DNA of 40,605 nucleotides. It comes from Klebsiella phage vB_KpnP_PRA33. The notes under the pieces were generated by a model. The model ran no database searches, was not told where the DNA came from, and was given only the letters and a program-made list of their open reading frames with translations. Below are positions 17,099-26,102 of the stretch, in pieces. The stretch lies in the sequence record KY652723.1; one strand, 5' to 3'. Each line of letters starts with the position of its first letter. Positions within the stretch are counted from its first letter, which is position 1. A program made the position numbers and the translations under genes.

Positions 17099-17996
17099 GC
17101 ACACATTGTTATCCTTCAGTGACTACCAGGCAACCCAGAAGATTGCCAAGGGTGTCCTTGTGATGGATGGTGATTGGTTGGTGTTCCAAGCTATGAGCGC
17201 CGCTGAGTTCGATGCCTCATGGGAGGTTCGATGCCTCATGGGAGGAGGTGACCACGCTAAGGCCCGAGAGATTCTGGAAAACTCCATCGAGTCCTACAAG
17301 GGCCGCAAGAAGGCGTGGAAGAATGCTGACGTTGTCCTAGCGTTCACCGACCGCGTCAACTGGCGTAAGCTGCTGGTGGACCCAACGTACAAAGAGAACC
17401 GAGCTGTCACTAAGAAGCCTGTCGGTTACTTCGAGTTCCTTGAGTACGTCTTCGAGACCTACACGTGCGTCCTTGAGCCTCAGCTTGAAGGCGATGACGT
17501 GATGGGTATCATTGGGTCTAACCCTCTCGTGTACAACTACGAGAAGGCCGTGCTGGTCTCCTGTGACAAGGACTTTAAGACCATCCCGGATTGTGACTTC
17601 CTGTGGTGTACGACTGGTAATATCCTCGTGCAGACTCAGGAGACAGCAGACTACTGGCATCTCTTCCAGACTATCAAGGGTGACTTCACCGATGGTTACG
17701 GTGGGATTCCCGGATGGGGCGATACCGCTGAGGACTTCCTCAAGGAACCCTTCATTGTGGAGCCTGTAACGTCCGTGCTGAAGTCCGGTAAGAACAAGGG
17801 CCAAGAGGTAACCAAGTGGGTGAAACGCGCTCCTGAGCCGGGAGAGACTCTCTGGGACTGCATTAAGTCCATTGGTGCCAAAGCAGGGATGACCGAAGCG
17901 GAAGTAATCAAGCAGGGCCAGATGGCTCGCATCCTCCGTTCTGATGAGTACAACATCGAGACTGGGGAGATTACTCTATGGCAACCGGGCAGCTGA
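17091..17996 (+). CDS. 6: 5'-3' exonuclease (T7 gp6 homolog)
   Basis: 301 aa. ...VLVMDGDWLVFQAMSAAEFDASWE......DHAKAR.ILE.SI.SY..RKKAW.....VLAFTD.VNWRK.LVDP.YK.NR...KKPVGYFEFL......E...C..EP.LEGDDVMG.I.SNP.......AV..SCDKDFKTIP.CDFLWCTTGNIL.QT.E.AD.WHLFQTIKGD.TDGY.GI.GWGDTAEDFL..PFI.EP.TSVLKSGKNKGQEVTKWVKR.PEP.ETLWDCIKSIGAKAGMTE...IKQGQMARILR..EYN. Confidence 0.96.
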   Translation: MSKHTLLSFSDYQATQKIAKGVLVMDGDWLVFQAMSAAEFDASWEVRCLMGGGDHAKAREILENSIESYKGRKKAWKNADVVLAFTDRVNWRKLLVDPTYKENRAVTKKPVGYFEFLEYVFETYTCVLEPQLEGDDVMGIIGSNPLVYNYEKAVLVSCDKDFKTIPDCDFLWCTTGNILVQTQETADYWHLFQTIKGDFTDGYGGIPGWGDTAEDFLKEPFIVEPVTSVLKSGKNKGQEVTKWVKRAPEPGETLWDCIKSIGAKAGMTEAEVIKQGQMARILRSDEYNIETGEITLWQPGS

Positions 17997-18088
17997 TTCT
18001 CATCGTCCTGACCATGGGCTTAGTAGCTCGTGGTCTCTGGATGTTGGCCTTGATTATCAAGCAGATAGTCGAGCACAAAGCAGAGTGA
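17978..18088 (+). CDS. Small hydrophobic protein (6.3 position)
   Basis: 36 aa MATGQLILIVLTMGLVARGLWMLALIIKQIVEHKAE. Overlaps the gene 6 3' end in another frame. Confidence 0.35.
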   Translation: MATGQLILIVLTMGLVARGLWMLALIIKQIVEHKAE

Positions 18089-18146
18089 TAAACTCATGGG
18101 CACTAATTAGGTAGCACTATAGGGAAGTGCCCATTATGATTATTAC
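18086..18146 (+). promoter_or_regulatory. RNase III-type hairpin (R6.5-like) enclosing a phage promoter
   Basis: AAACTCATGGGCACT...AGTGCCCATTATGATTATTAC. The stem flanks the promoter, as at T7 R6.5/phi6.5. Confidence 0.45.
18102..18124 (+). promoter_or_regulatory. Phage promoter (phi6.5-like)
   Basis: AATTAGGTAGCACTATAGGGAAG. Confidence 0.75.
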
Positions 18147-18174
18147 TTAAAGATTACTTAAAGAGGAGACTCAA

Positions 18175-18420
18175 ATGTTAAAACCTATAGAGCACATCCT
18201 TAACAATCCTAATGACCTTCCTGACGTACCGCGAGCTGTCAAGGAGTACCTACAGTCTCGCTACAATGCTGACTTCCTGTATCAGTCAGAGGTCCGTAAG
18301 CTGCGTGAGGCTGGCCATAGCGAGGAGTTCATCTCCGGGGTACTGTACGGCCACCACATGGCTTCGCGTGTCCTTGATGAGATGGAGGGCCGTCAGCGTG
18401 CACTCAAAGAAGGAGATTGA
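18175..18420 (+). CDS. 6.5: gp6.5-like protein
   Basis: 81 aa. MLKPIE..LNN.......P.....YLQSRY.A.F..Q.........G.S.E.I......GHHMAS..LDE.EGRQ pattern as in T7 gp6.5. Confidence 0.6.
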   Translation: MLKPIEHILNNPNDLPDVPRAVKEYLQSRYNADFLYQSEVRKLREAGHSEEFISGVLYGHHMASRVLDEMEGRQRALKEGD

Positions 18421-18644
18421 TTATGTGTTTCTCACCTAAGATGAAAGCACCTAAGGTTGACACAACGACTGTCCCTGAGCCAGCGCCACTGACGGAGGAA
18501 CCTAAGGGTATCCAGTATGGTGGTGAAGAGGATTCAAACAGCACCACTCCTGAGGTGTCAGGGCGTAAGTCACTCAAGGTGGCCAAGACGACCGAGCCTA
18601 CAGGGTCCGTCAGTAAAATCCGTAAGTCAGCTTTAGGAGGCTAA
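18417..18644 (+). CDS. 6.7: gp6.7-like virion protein
   Basis: 75 aa. MCFSPK.K.PK.DT......EPAPLT.E......GG..D.......EVSGRK.LKV......V.K...IRKSA.GG matches T7 gp6.7. Confidence 0.75.
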   Translation: MIMCFSPKMKAPKVDTTTVPEPAPLTEEPKGIQYGGEEDSNSTTPEVSGRKSLKVAKTTEPTGSVSKIRKSALGG

Positions 18645-18645
18645 C

Positions 18646-18906
18646 ATGGGACTGTTCAAGAAAATCAAGAAGGCTATCTCCAAGGTAGTCAAGGCACCAC
18701 TCAAGGCCGTTGGTCTGGCAGCAGATGCACCTAACGTGCAGACCGCAGCTGAGACACCTGTGGCCGCACCTCAGGAAGCACCGAAAGAGGTCGTGGAGGA
18801 CGTTGAGTCTTCGGCAGACACTGAGTCCGGTAAGAAGAAAACTCGTGCCTCCGGTAAGAAGTCCCTCTCAGTTTCCCGCAGCTCAGGCGGTGGGATTAAC
18901 CTGTAA
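18646..18906 (+). CDS. 7.3: gp7.3-like tail/host-range protein
   Basis: 86 aa. C-terminal ...TESG.KK.RA.GKKSLSV.RSSGGGIN matches T7 gp7.3. There is no gene 7 or 7.7 equivalent between 6.7 and 8. Confidence 0.75.
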   Translation: MGLFKKIKKAISKVVKAPLKAVGLAADAPNVQTAAETPVAAPQEAPKEVVEDVESSADTESGKKKTRASGKKSLSVSRSSGGGINL

Positions 18907-18917
18907 GGAGGTGACCC

Positions 18918-20525
18918 GTGGCAGAAGTTAAACTCGAAGGCTTCGCAGAGGAGGGAGCCAAGGCGGTATATGACCGTCTGAAGAACGACAGACAGCCTTA
19001 CGAGACACGAGCAGAGTCCTGTGCGCAGTACACGATTCCCTCGCTGTTCCCTAAGGATTCCGATAACGCATCAACCGATTACACGACTCCGTGGCAATCA
19101 GTGGGTGCTCGCGGTCTGAACAACCTAGCGTCCAAGCTGATGCTGGCACTGTTCCCGATGCAGTCATGGATGAAGTTGACCATTAGTGAATACGAAGCGA
19201 AGAACCTTCTTGGTGACGCTGAGGGTCTCGCTAAGGTCGATGAGGGACTCTCAATGGTAGAGCGTATCATCATGAACTACATCGAGTCCAACAGTTACCG
19301 AGTGACTCTCTTTGAGTGCTTGAAGCAACTGTGTGTGGCTGGTAACGCGCTGCTGTACTTACCGGAGCCTGAGGGTTATACCCCGATGAAGCTCTATCGA
19401 CTGAACTCGTATGTGGTACAGCGAGACGCTTTCGGTAACGTACTCCAGATTGTCACCCTAGACAAGATTGCGTTTAACGCTCTCCCTGAGGATGTCCGCA
19501 GCCAAGTGGAAGCAGCCCAAGGTGAGCAGAAGGAAGACGCTGAGATTGACATCTACACCCACGTGTATCTGAACGAAGCCGGGGATGGTTACTCGAAGTA
19601 CGAAGAGGTTGCCGAAGAGGTAGTACCGGGCAGCGAAGCTGAGTACCCTCTCGAAGAGTGTCCATACATTCCGGTCCGTATGGTCCGCATCGACGGTGAA
19701 TCCTACGGGCGTTCCTACGTGGAAGAGTATCTGGGAGACCTCAAGTCCCTAGAGAACCTCCAAGAGTCTATCGTGAAGATGGCCATGATTACCGCCAAGG
19801 TTATCGGTCTGGTAGACCCAGCAGGTATCACTCAGGTCCGCCGACTCACGGCAGCACAGTCTGGTGCGTTCGTACCGGGCCGTAAGCAGGACATCGAGTT
19901 CCTCCAACTGGAGAAGTCCGGTGACTTTACCGTAGCGAAGAACGTAAGCGACACCATTGAGGCTCGACTCTCGTATGCCTTTATGCTCAACAGTGCGGTA
20001 CAACGTACAGGCGAGCGAGTCACAGCCGAAGAGATTCGGTACGTGGCGTCAGAGCTGGAAGATACCCTTGGCGGTGTCTACTCGATTCTCTCGCAGGAAC
20101 TCCAGCTGCCTCTGGTAAGAGTGCTTTTGAAGCAACTACAAGCCACGCAGCAGATACCGGAGTTACCTAAAGAGGCCGTCGAGCCAACTATCAGCACTGG
20201 CCTTGAGGCTATCGGACGTGGTCAGGACCTTGACAAGCTGGAGCGGTGCATTAACGCATGGTCTGCCCTTAAGGCTCTCGAAGGTGATGACGACCTCAAC
20301 TTGGCTAACCTCAAGTTGCGAATTGCTAACGCTATCGGACTCGACACAGCTGGTATGCTGCTCACTCAGGAAGAGAAGAACGCCCTTATGGCACAGCAAG
20401 GTGCTCAGATTGCTACACAGCAAGGGGCCGCTGCGTTGGGTCAAGGGATGGCCGCTCAGGCTACTGCAAGTCCTGAAGCGATGGCCGCAGCGGCTGATTC
20501 AGTCGGTATGCAACCGGGCATGTAA
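18918..20525 (+). CDS. 8: Head-to-tail connector (portal) protein
   Basis: 535 aa (T7 536). Long identical stretches, e.g. ...NCAQYTIPSLFPKDSDNASTDY.TPWQ.VGARGLNNLASKLMLALFPMQ.WM.LTISEYEAK.LL....GLAKVDEGLSMVERIIMNYIESNSYRVTLFE.LKQL.VAGN.LLYLPEPEG... and the C-terminus ...AQATASPEAMAAAADSVG.QPG. Confidence 0.98.
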   Translation: MAEVKLEGFAEEGAKAVYDRLKNDRQPYETRAESCAQYTIPSLFPKDSDNASTDYTTPWQSVGARGLNNLASKLMLALFPMQSWMKLTISEYEAKNLLGDAEGLAKVDEGLSMVERIIMNYIESNSYRVTLFECLKQLCVAGNALLYLPEPEGYTPMKLYRLNSYVVQRDAFGNVLQIVTLDKIAFNALPEDVRSQVEAAQGEQKEDAEIDIYTHVYLNEAGDGYSKYEEVAEEVVPGSEAEYPLEECPYIPVRMVRIDGESYGRSYVEEYLGDLKSLENLQESIVKMAMITAKVIGLVDPAGITQVRRLTAAQSGAFVPGRKQDIEFLQLEKSGDFTVAKNVSDTIEARLSYAFMLNSAVQRTGERVTAEEIRYVASELEDTLGGVYSILSQELQLPLVRVLLKQLQATQQIPELPKEAVEPTISTGLEAIGRGQDLDKLERCINAWSALKALEGDDDLNLANLKLRIANAIGLDTAGMLLTQEEKNALMAQQGAQIATQQGAAALGQGMAAQATASPEAMAAAADSVGMQPGM

Positions 20526-20546
20526 TTAGGTAGCACTATAGGGAGA
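20524..20546 (+). promoter_or_regulatory. Phage promoter (phi9-like, class III consensus)
   Basis: AATTAGGTAGCACTATAGGGAGA. The transcript start GGGAGACCGAUUGGUUUCCCU can form a 5' hairpin. Confidence 0.85.
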
Positions 20547-20588
20547 CCGATTGGTTTCCCTCTTAGTCTTAACTTTAAGGAGATTGAA

Positions 20589-21542
20589 ATGGCTGGCGAA
20601 TCTAACGCAGACGTATACGCATCCTTCGGTGTCAACAGTGCTGTACTGACTGGTAGTACACCGGAGGAGCACCAAGAAAACATGTTGGCTCTTGATGTTG
20701 CTGCCCGTGATGGCGATGATGCAATCGAGCTTAACACAAACAGTGATGACCCGTATGGTTCCGATGTGGACCCGTTCGGTGAGCAAGACGAAGGTCGTAT
20801 GCAGGTACGCATCTCGGCTGACGGTTCGGATGATACTGAAGGCGATGAGCCTGACAGTGAAGAACAGCAGGGCGACGAAGAGAGTCAGTCGGAGGAAGTA
20901 ACCACAGAGGGTGAAGACGAAGAGTTCAAACCTATCGGTGAAACTCCGGCTGATATCAACGAGGCGTCTCAACAGCTGGAAGAACACGAAGCTGGCTTTA
21001 ACGACATGGTTGCTACTGCAATCGAACGTGGTCTCTCACAGGATGCTGTGACCCGCATTCAGCAGGAGTACCAGAACGAAGACAGTTTGTCCGAGGAGTC
21101 TTACCGAGAGTTGGCCGAGGCTGGCTACAGTAAGGCGTTCGTTGATGCGTACATTCGTGGTCAGGAAGCTCTGGTCAACCAGTACGTCGAGAAAGTGATG
21201 GACTTCGTGGGTGGCCGCGAGCGCTTCCAGCAGGTCTACGGTCACATGAAGACCAATAACCCTGAAGGTGCTGAGGCACTTATCAAGGCTTTTGAATCCC
21301 GTGACGTAGCCACCATGAAGACGATTCTGAACCTAGCGGGACAGTCTCGTGATAAAACCTTTGGTAAGAAAGCTGAACGCTCTATTGCCAAGCGTGCTAC
21401 CCCAGCGAAACCTGTGGCCCGTAAAGCTGAAGGCTTCGAGTCTCAGGCTGAGATGATTAAAGCTATGTCAGACCCACGTTACCGCACCGACTCCAAGTAC
21501 CGTCGTGAAGTGGAACAGAAGGTTATCGACTCTAAGTTTTAA
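20589..21542 (+). CDS. 9: Capsid assembly (scaffolding) protein
   Basis: 317 aa, highly acidic. MA.ESNADVYASFGVNSAV..G...EH..NMLALDVAARDGDDAIEL...; C-terminus ...EMIKAMSDPRYRTD..YRR.VEQKVIDS.F as in T7 gp9. Confidence 0.95.
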   Translation: MAGESNADVYASFGVNSAVLTGSTPEEHQENMLALDVAARDGDDAIELNTNSDDPYGSDVDPFGEQDEGRMQVRISADGSDDTEGDEPDSEEQQGDEESQSEEVTTEGEDEEFKPIGETPADINEASQQLEEHEAGFNDMVATAIERGLSQDAVTRIQQEYQNEDSLSEESYRELAEAGYSKAFVDAYIRGQEALVNQYVEKVMDFVGGRERFQQVYGHMKTNNPEGAEALIKAFESRDVATMKTILNLAGQSRDKTFGKKAERSIAKRATPAKPVARKAEGFESQAEMIKAMSDPRYRTDSKYRREVEQKVIDSKF

Positions 21543-21563
21543 TTAGGTAGCACTATAGGGAGA
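21541..21563 (+). promoter_or_regulatory. Phage promoter (phi10-like, class III consensus)
   Basis: AATTAGGTAGCACTATAGGGAGA, followed by a 5' stem-loop (GGGAGACCCCAGC...GGGACUUCUCCC) and a long leader before gene 10. Confidence 0.85.
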
Positions 21564-21675
21564 CCCCAGCGCCGCTGTAAGGTTGGGACTTCTCCCTTCG
21601 AGTTACACAATGAGTATCACCTCGTTTCAAGTAGTACCTCAAACATTTCGTATAAACAACATAAGGAGATTCAAC

Positions 21676-22713
21676 ATGGCTAACATGCAAGGTGGACAGC
21701 AGCTCGGTACTAACCAAGGTAAAGGTCAATCCGCAGCAGACAAGCTGGCGCTATTCCTGAAAGTATTCGGCGGCGAAGTCCTGACCGCATTCGCTCGTAC
21801 CTCTGTGACCACCAATCGTCACATGCAGCGTCAAATCAGCTCCGGTAAGTCCGCACAGTTCCCTGTGATTGGTCGCACCAAGGCTGCTTACCTGCAACCG
21901 GGCGAGTCTCTGGATGACAAACGTAAAGACATCAAGCACACAGAAAAGACCATTAACATTGATGGCCTGCTGACCGCTGACGTGCTGATTTACGACATCG
22001 AAGACGCGATGAACCACTATGACGTGCGCTCCGAGTACACCTCTCAGATTGGTGAATCTCTGGCTATGGCAGCCGATGGTGCGGTACTAGCTGAGCTGGC
22101 TGGTCTGGTTAACCTCGCTGATTCCGTCAACGAGAACATCGCTGGTCTGGGCAAACCGTCCCTGCTGGAAGTTGGCGCTAAGGCTGACCTGACCGACCCT
22201 GTCAAGCTGGGTCAAGCGGTTATCGCGCAGCTGACCATTGCTCGTGCGGCTCTGACCAAGAACTACGTCCCGGCTAACGACCGTACGTTCTACACCACTC
22301 CAGACGTGTACTCTGCGATTCTGGCTGCTCTGATGCCTAACGCTGCGAACTATGCGGCTCTGATCGACCCTGAGCGTGGTTCTATCCGTAACGTGATGGG
22401 CTTCGAAGTCGTCGAGGTTCCGCACCTGACCTCTGGTGGTGCTGGTGATGACCGCCCAGACGAAGGCGCAGAAGCGACCAACCAGAAGCACGCCTTCCCG
22501 GCAACTGGTGGTAAAGTCAACAAGGAGAACGTTGTGGGCCTGTTCCAGCACCGTTCCGCTGTTGGTACCGTCAAGCTGAAAGACCTCGCTCTGGAACGTG
22601 CTCGCCGCGCTGAGTATCAGGCTGACCAGATTATCGCTAAGTACGCGATGGGTCACGGCGGCCTGCGTCCAGAATCTGCTGGTGCGCTGGTTTTCACAGC
22701 GGCCCAAGCGTAA
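21676..22713 (+). CDS. 10A: Major capsid protein 10A
   Basis: 345 aa from the ATG at 21676 (RBS AAGGAGA). MA.M.GGQQ.GTNQGKG..AA.DKLALFLKVFGGEVLTAFARTSVTT.RHM.R.ISSGKSAQFPV.GRT.AAYL.PGE.LDDKRKDIKHTEK.I.IDGLLTADVLIYDIEDAMNHYDVRSEYTSQ.GESLAMAADGAVLAE.AGL...; same length as T7 gp10A. Confidence 0.97.
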   Translation: MANMQGGQQLGTNQGKGQSAADKLALFLKVFGGEVLTAFARTSVTTNRHMQRQISSGKSAQFPVIGRTKAAYLQPGESLDDKRKDIKHTEKTINIDGLLTADVLIYDIEDAMNHYDVRSEYTSQIGESLAMAADGAVLAELAGLVNLADSVNENIAGLGKPSLLEVGAKADLTDPVKLGQAVIAQLTIARAALTKNYVPANDRTFYTTPDVYSAILAALMPNAANYAALIDPERGSIRNVMGFEVVEVPHLTSGGAGDDRPDEGAEATNQKHAFPATGGKVNKENVVGLFQHRSAVGTVKLKDLALERARRAEYQADQIIAKYAMGHGGLRPESAGALVFTAAQA

Positions 22714-22985
22714 ATACCTTTAGTTCTCGGACGGTAACTCCGTCTGAGTATGAGGTACAGACCGTGGCCATTGCTGGTGATTCACTTAAGGTGCCACTTG
22801 ATGGGCTGGAGGGAGTAACGGACTGGTCAACACTTGAGGTAACTTATGGTACTTCTGGGATTGCCAGCCACACTCGACGGACCAACACGCTGTACTTCAA
22901 AGGAATCGCTGTGGGCGAAACTCTAGTGACTGTCAGCTTCGACGGCTCTGAAAGGAAGTCCTTTAAGCTGATCGTGACTAATTAA
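21676..22985 (+). CDS. 10B: Minor capsid protein 10B via programmed -1 ribosomal frameshift (predicted)
   Basis: Slippery heptamer G GTT TTC at 22689-22695 sits 6 codons before the 10A stop. The -1 frame is open from there through to the stop at 22983-22985 (the annotated 73-aa ORF 22764..22985 is its tail). The extension is about 97 aa with an Ig-like tail (...LVTVSFDGSERKSFKLIVTN). Confidence 0.55.
22689..22695 (+). other. -1 frameshift slippery site GGUUUUC (gene 10A to 10B)
   Basis: X XXY YYZ heptamer in the 10A zero frame, homologous in position to the T7 gene 10 frameshift site. Confidence 0.5.
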
Positions 22986-22994
22986 AACTAAGCC

Positions 22995-23038
22995 AAACCC
23001 CTTGGGGACCACTCATGGTCTCTGAGGGGTTTTTTCGT
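22995..23038 (+). terminator. Tphi-like phage RNAP terminator
   Basis: AAACCCCTTGGGGACCACTCATGGTCTCTGAGGGGTTTTTTCG is a GC stem-loop with a U6 tract, homologous to T7 Tphi (AACCCCTTGGGGCCTCTAAACGGGTCTTGAGGGGTTTTTTG). Confidence 0.85.
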
Positions 23039-23052
23039 TAGGAGCTTACAAT

Positions 23053-23631
23053 ATGAACATGCAAGATGCTTACTTTGGGTCTGCCGCTGAGCTGGATGCT
23101 ATAAACGAGATGCTCGCAGCCATCGGTGAATCCCCGGTTACAACCCTTGACGAAGATGGTAGCGCAGACGTAGCGAACGCTCGACGTATCCTCAACAGGA
23201 TTAACCGCCAGATTCAGTCTAAAGGCTGGGCCTTCAATATCAACGAATCGGCCACACTGACCCCTGATGTCAGCACTGGGCTCATCCCATTCCGCCCTGC
23301 CTACCTGTCCATCCTTGGTGGCCAGTACATTAACCGTGGTGGCTGGGTGTACGATAAGTCCACAGGGACAGACACCTTCTCAGGACCAATCACCGTGACC
23401 CTGATTACCCTTCAGGATTACGACGAGATGCCTGAGTGTTTCCGCCAGTGGATTGTCACCAAGGCCAGCCGCCAGTTCAACTCTCGGTTCTTCGGAGCTG
23501 AGGACGTAGAGAACTCGCTGGCACAGGAAGAGATGGAAGCGCGTATGGCGTGCAACGAGTACGAGATGGACTTCGGGCAGTACAACATGCTTGACGGTGA
23601 CGCATACGTGCAGGGTCTCATCGGTCGTTAA
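23053..23631 (+). CDS. 11: Tail tubular protein A (gp11)
   Basis: 192 aa. ...AAEL.A.N..LA.IGE.PV.TL.....[28 protein letters not shown]......; ...[48 protein letters not shown] as in T7 gp11. Confidence 0.95.
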   Translation: MNMQDAYFGSAAELDAINEMLAAIGESPVTTLDEDGSADVANARRILNRINRQIQSKGWAFNINESATLTPDVSTGLIPFRPAYLSILGGQYINRGGWVYDKSTGTDTFSGPITVTLITLQDYDEMPECFRQWIVTKASRQFNSRFFGAEDVENSLAQEEMEARMACNEYEMDFGQYNMLDGDAYVQGLIGR

Positions 23632-23653
23632 TCAGAAACTTAAGGAGGACCAA

Positions 23654-26029
23654 ATGGCTCTCGTATCACAGTCAATCAAAAATCTTAAGGGAGGCATTAG
23701 CCAACAGCCTGAAATCCTACGGTACCCAGAGCAGGGTACACTTCAGGTCAACGGTTGGTCCTCCGAGACTGAGGGTCTCCAGAAGCGACCACCCATGGTG
23801 TTCATCAAGTCCTTAGGAGGCCGTGGGTATCTTGGGGAAGACCCATACATCCACCTAATCAACCGCGATGAATACGAGCAGTATTACGCTGTGTTCACAG
23901 GGAATGACGTTCGGGTATTCGACCTATCCGGCTATGAGTATCAGGTCCGTGGCGACCGCTCTTATGTGACCGTCAACAATCCTAAGGATAACTTGCGGAT
24001 GGTCACCGTGGCCGACTACACGTTCATTGTGAACCGTACCAGACAGGTCCGAGAAAGTCAGAACTTGACCAACGGTGGTACCTTCAGAGATAACGTGGAT
24101 GCCCTCATTAACGTTCGCGGTGGTCAGTATGGACGTAAGCTCGAAGTAAACATTAACGGCGTGTGGGTCAGTCACCAGCTCCCTCCGGGCGACAACGCTA
24201 AGGATGACCCGCCGAAGGTGGACGCACAGGCCATCGCTGAGGCCATCGCGGTTCTTCTACGCGCAGCGCACCCTACGTGGACGTTCAATGTCGGAACAGG
24301 GTTCATCCACTGCATCACTCCAGCAGGTACCACCATTGACATACTGGAGACTAAGGATGGATACGCTGACCAGTTAATCAATCCGGTTACTCACTACGTC
24401 CAGAGCTTCTCTAAGTTACCTCTGAACGCACCAGATGGGTACATGGTGAAGATTGTCGGGGACACATCCAAGACCGCCGACCAGTATTACGTTAAGTATG
24501 ACAAGAGTCAGAAGGTCTGGAAGGAAACTGTTGGATGGAACATCTCGATAGGGCTGGATTACACCACTATGCCTTGGACACTGGTTCGCGCAGCAGACGG
24601 TAACTTCGACCTCGGGTATCATGATTGGAAGGACCGACGTGCTGGTGACGAGGATACCAACCCTCAACCTTCATTTGTGAACTCAACGATAACTGACGTG
24701 TTCTTCTTCAGGAACCGATTAGGGTTCATCTCTGGGGAGAACATTGTGATGTCTCGTACCAGCAAATACTTCGAGTTCTACCCGCCGTCAGTGGCCAACT
24801 ACACGGACGATGACCCGCTGGATGTTGCTGTAAGTCATAACCGAGTGTCTGTCCTGAAGTACGCTGTGAGCTTCGCTGAGGAGCTTCTACTGTGGTCTGA
24901 TGAGGCACAGTTCGTCCTGTCTGCCAACGGTGTGTTATCCGCTAAGACCGCACAGCTGGACCTGACCACTCAATTCGACGTGTCAGACCGTGCCCGCCCT
25001 TATGGCATCGGCAGGAACATCTACTATGCGTCTCCTCGCAGCTCCTTTACGTCAATTATGCGCTACTACGCGGTACAGGATGTAAGCTCTGTGAAGAACG
25101 CAGAGGACATGACGGCTCACGTACCGAACTACATCCCGAACGGTGTATATAGCATCAATGGGTCTGGTACGGAGAACTTCGCGTGTGTACTGACCAAGGG
25201 TGCTCCCAGCAAGGTGTTCATCTACAAGTTCCTCTACATGGATGAGAACATCCGGCAGCAGTCATGGTCGCATTGGGACTTCGGTGATGATACTGAGGTT
25301 ATGGCCGCAAACTGTATCAACTCGACGATGTACATGTTGATGCGTAACGCCTACAACGTGTGGATAGCTGCGGTTGACTTTAAGAAGAACTCTACGGACT
25401 TTCCGTTCGAGCCTTACCGATTCCACGTGGACGCCAAGCGGTCATACCACATCTCAGAGACTGCGTATGACATTGAGACGAACCAGACGGTAGTGAACGT
25501 CAAGGACATCTACAGTGCGTCGTTCTCTAAGGGTACCGTGGCAATCTGCGAGAGTGACGGTAAAATCACCGAGTACGAGCCTACGGGTTCCTCTTGGGAT
25601 TCAACCCCGGACATCCGCATTAGCGGTGACATCTCAGGTAATGATATCGTCATCGGGTTCCTGTACGACTTCCAGTATGTGTTCAGTCGGTTCCTCATCA
25701 AGCAGGAGCAGAACGCCGGCACAACGTCCACTGAGGACTCTGGTCGCCTACAGCTGCGTAGAGCGTGGGTGAACTATCAGGACACTGGTGCGTTCACTGT
25801 GAGCGTAGATAACGGTAGCAGGGAGTTCAACTATCTGGTCAACGCCCGAGTTGGTTCTACTGGTCTACGTCTGGGCCAGAAGGCCACGACCACTGGTCAG
25901 TATCGTTTCCCAGTGACAGGTAACGCACTGTATCAGAAGGTGTCCTTGAGTTCCTTCAACTCTTCCCCAGTGTCAATCATTGGGTGCGGCTGGGAGGGTA
26001 ACTATATGAGACGCGCTAACGGTATTTAA
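23654..26029 (+). CDS. 12: Tail tubular protein B (gp12)
   Basis: 791 aa from the ATG at 23654 (RBS AAGGAGG). The N-terminus MALVSQSIKNLKGGISQQP.ILRYP.QG matches T7 gp12. Confidence 0.95.
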   Translation: MALVSQSIKNLKGGISQQPEILRYPEQGTLQVNGWSSETEGLQKRPPMVFIKSLGGRGYLGEDPYIHLINRDEYEQYYAVFTGNDVRVFDLSGYEYQVRGDRSYVTVNNPKDNLRMVTVADYTFIVNRTRQVRESQNLTNGGTFRDNVDALINVRGGQYGRKLEVNINGVWVSHQLPPGDNAKDDPPKVDAQAIAEAIAVLLRAAHPTWTFNVGTGFIHCITPAGTTIDILETKDGYADQLINPVTHYVQSFSKLPLNAPDGYMVKIVGDTSKTADQYYVKYDKSQKVWKETVGWNISIGLDYTTMPWTLVRAADGNFDLGYHDWKDRRAGDEDTNPQPSFVNSTITDVFFFRNRLGFISGENIVMSRTSKYFEFYPPSVANYTDDDPLDVAVSHNRVSVLKYAVSFAEELLLWSDEAQFVLSANGVLSAKTAQLDLTTQFDVSDRARPYGIGRNIYYASPRSSFTSIMRYYAVQDVSSVKNAEDMTAHVPNYIPNGVYSINGSGTENFACVLTKGAPSKVFIYKFLYMDENIRQQSWSHWDFGDDTEVMAANCINSTMYMLMRNAYNVWIAAVDFKKNSTDFPFEPYRFHVDAKRSYHISETAYDIETNQTVVNVKDIYSASFSKGTVAICESDGKITEYEPTGSSWDSTPDIRISGDISGNDIVIGFLYDFQYVFSRFLIKQEQNAGTTSTEDSGRLQLRRAWVNYQDTGAFTVSVDNGSREFNYLVNARVGSTGLRLGQKATTTGQYRFPVTGNALYQKVSLSSFNSSPVSIIGCGWEGNYMRRANGI

Positions 26030-26055
26030 CTGAACGTCTCCCTGTGGTGTTGCTC

Positions 26056-26078
26056 AATTAGGTAGCACTATAGGGAGA
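26056..26078 (+). promoter_or_regulatory. Phage promoter (phi13-like, class III consensus)
   Basis: AATTAGGTAGCACTATAGGGAGA. Confidence 0.85.
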
Positions 26079-26102
26079 CCACACTAAGAGGGGACTTAAA
26101 GC

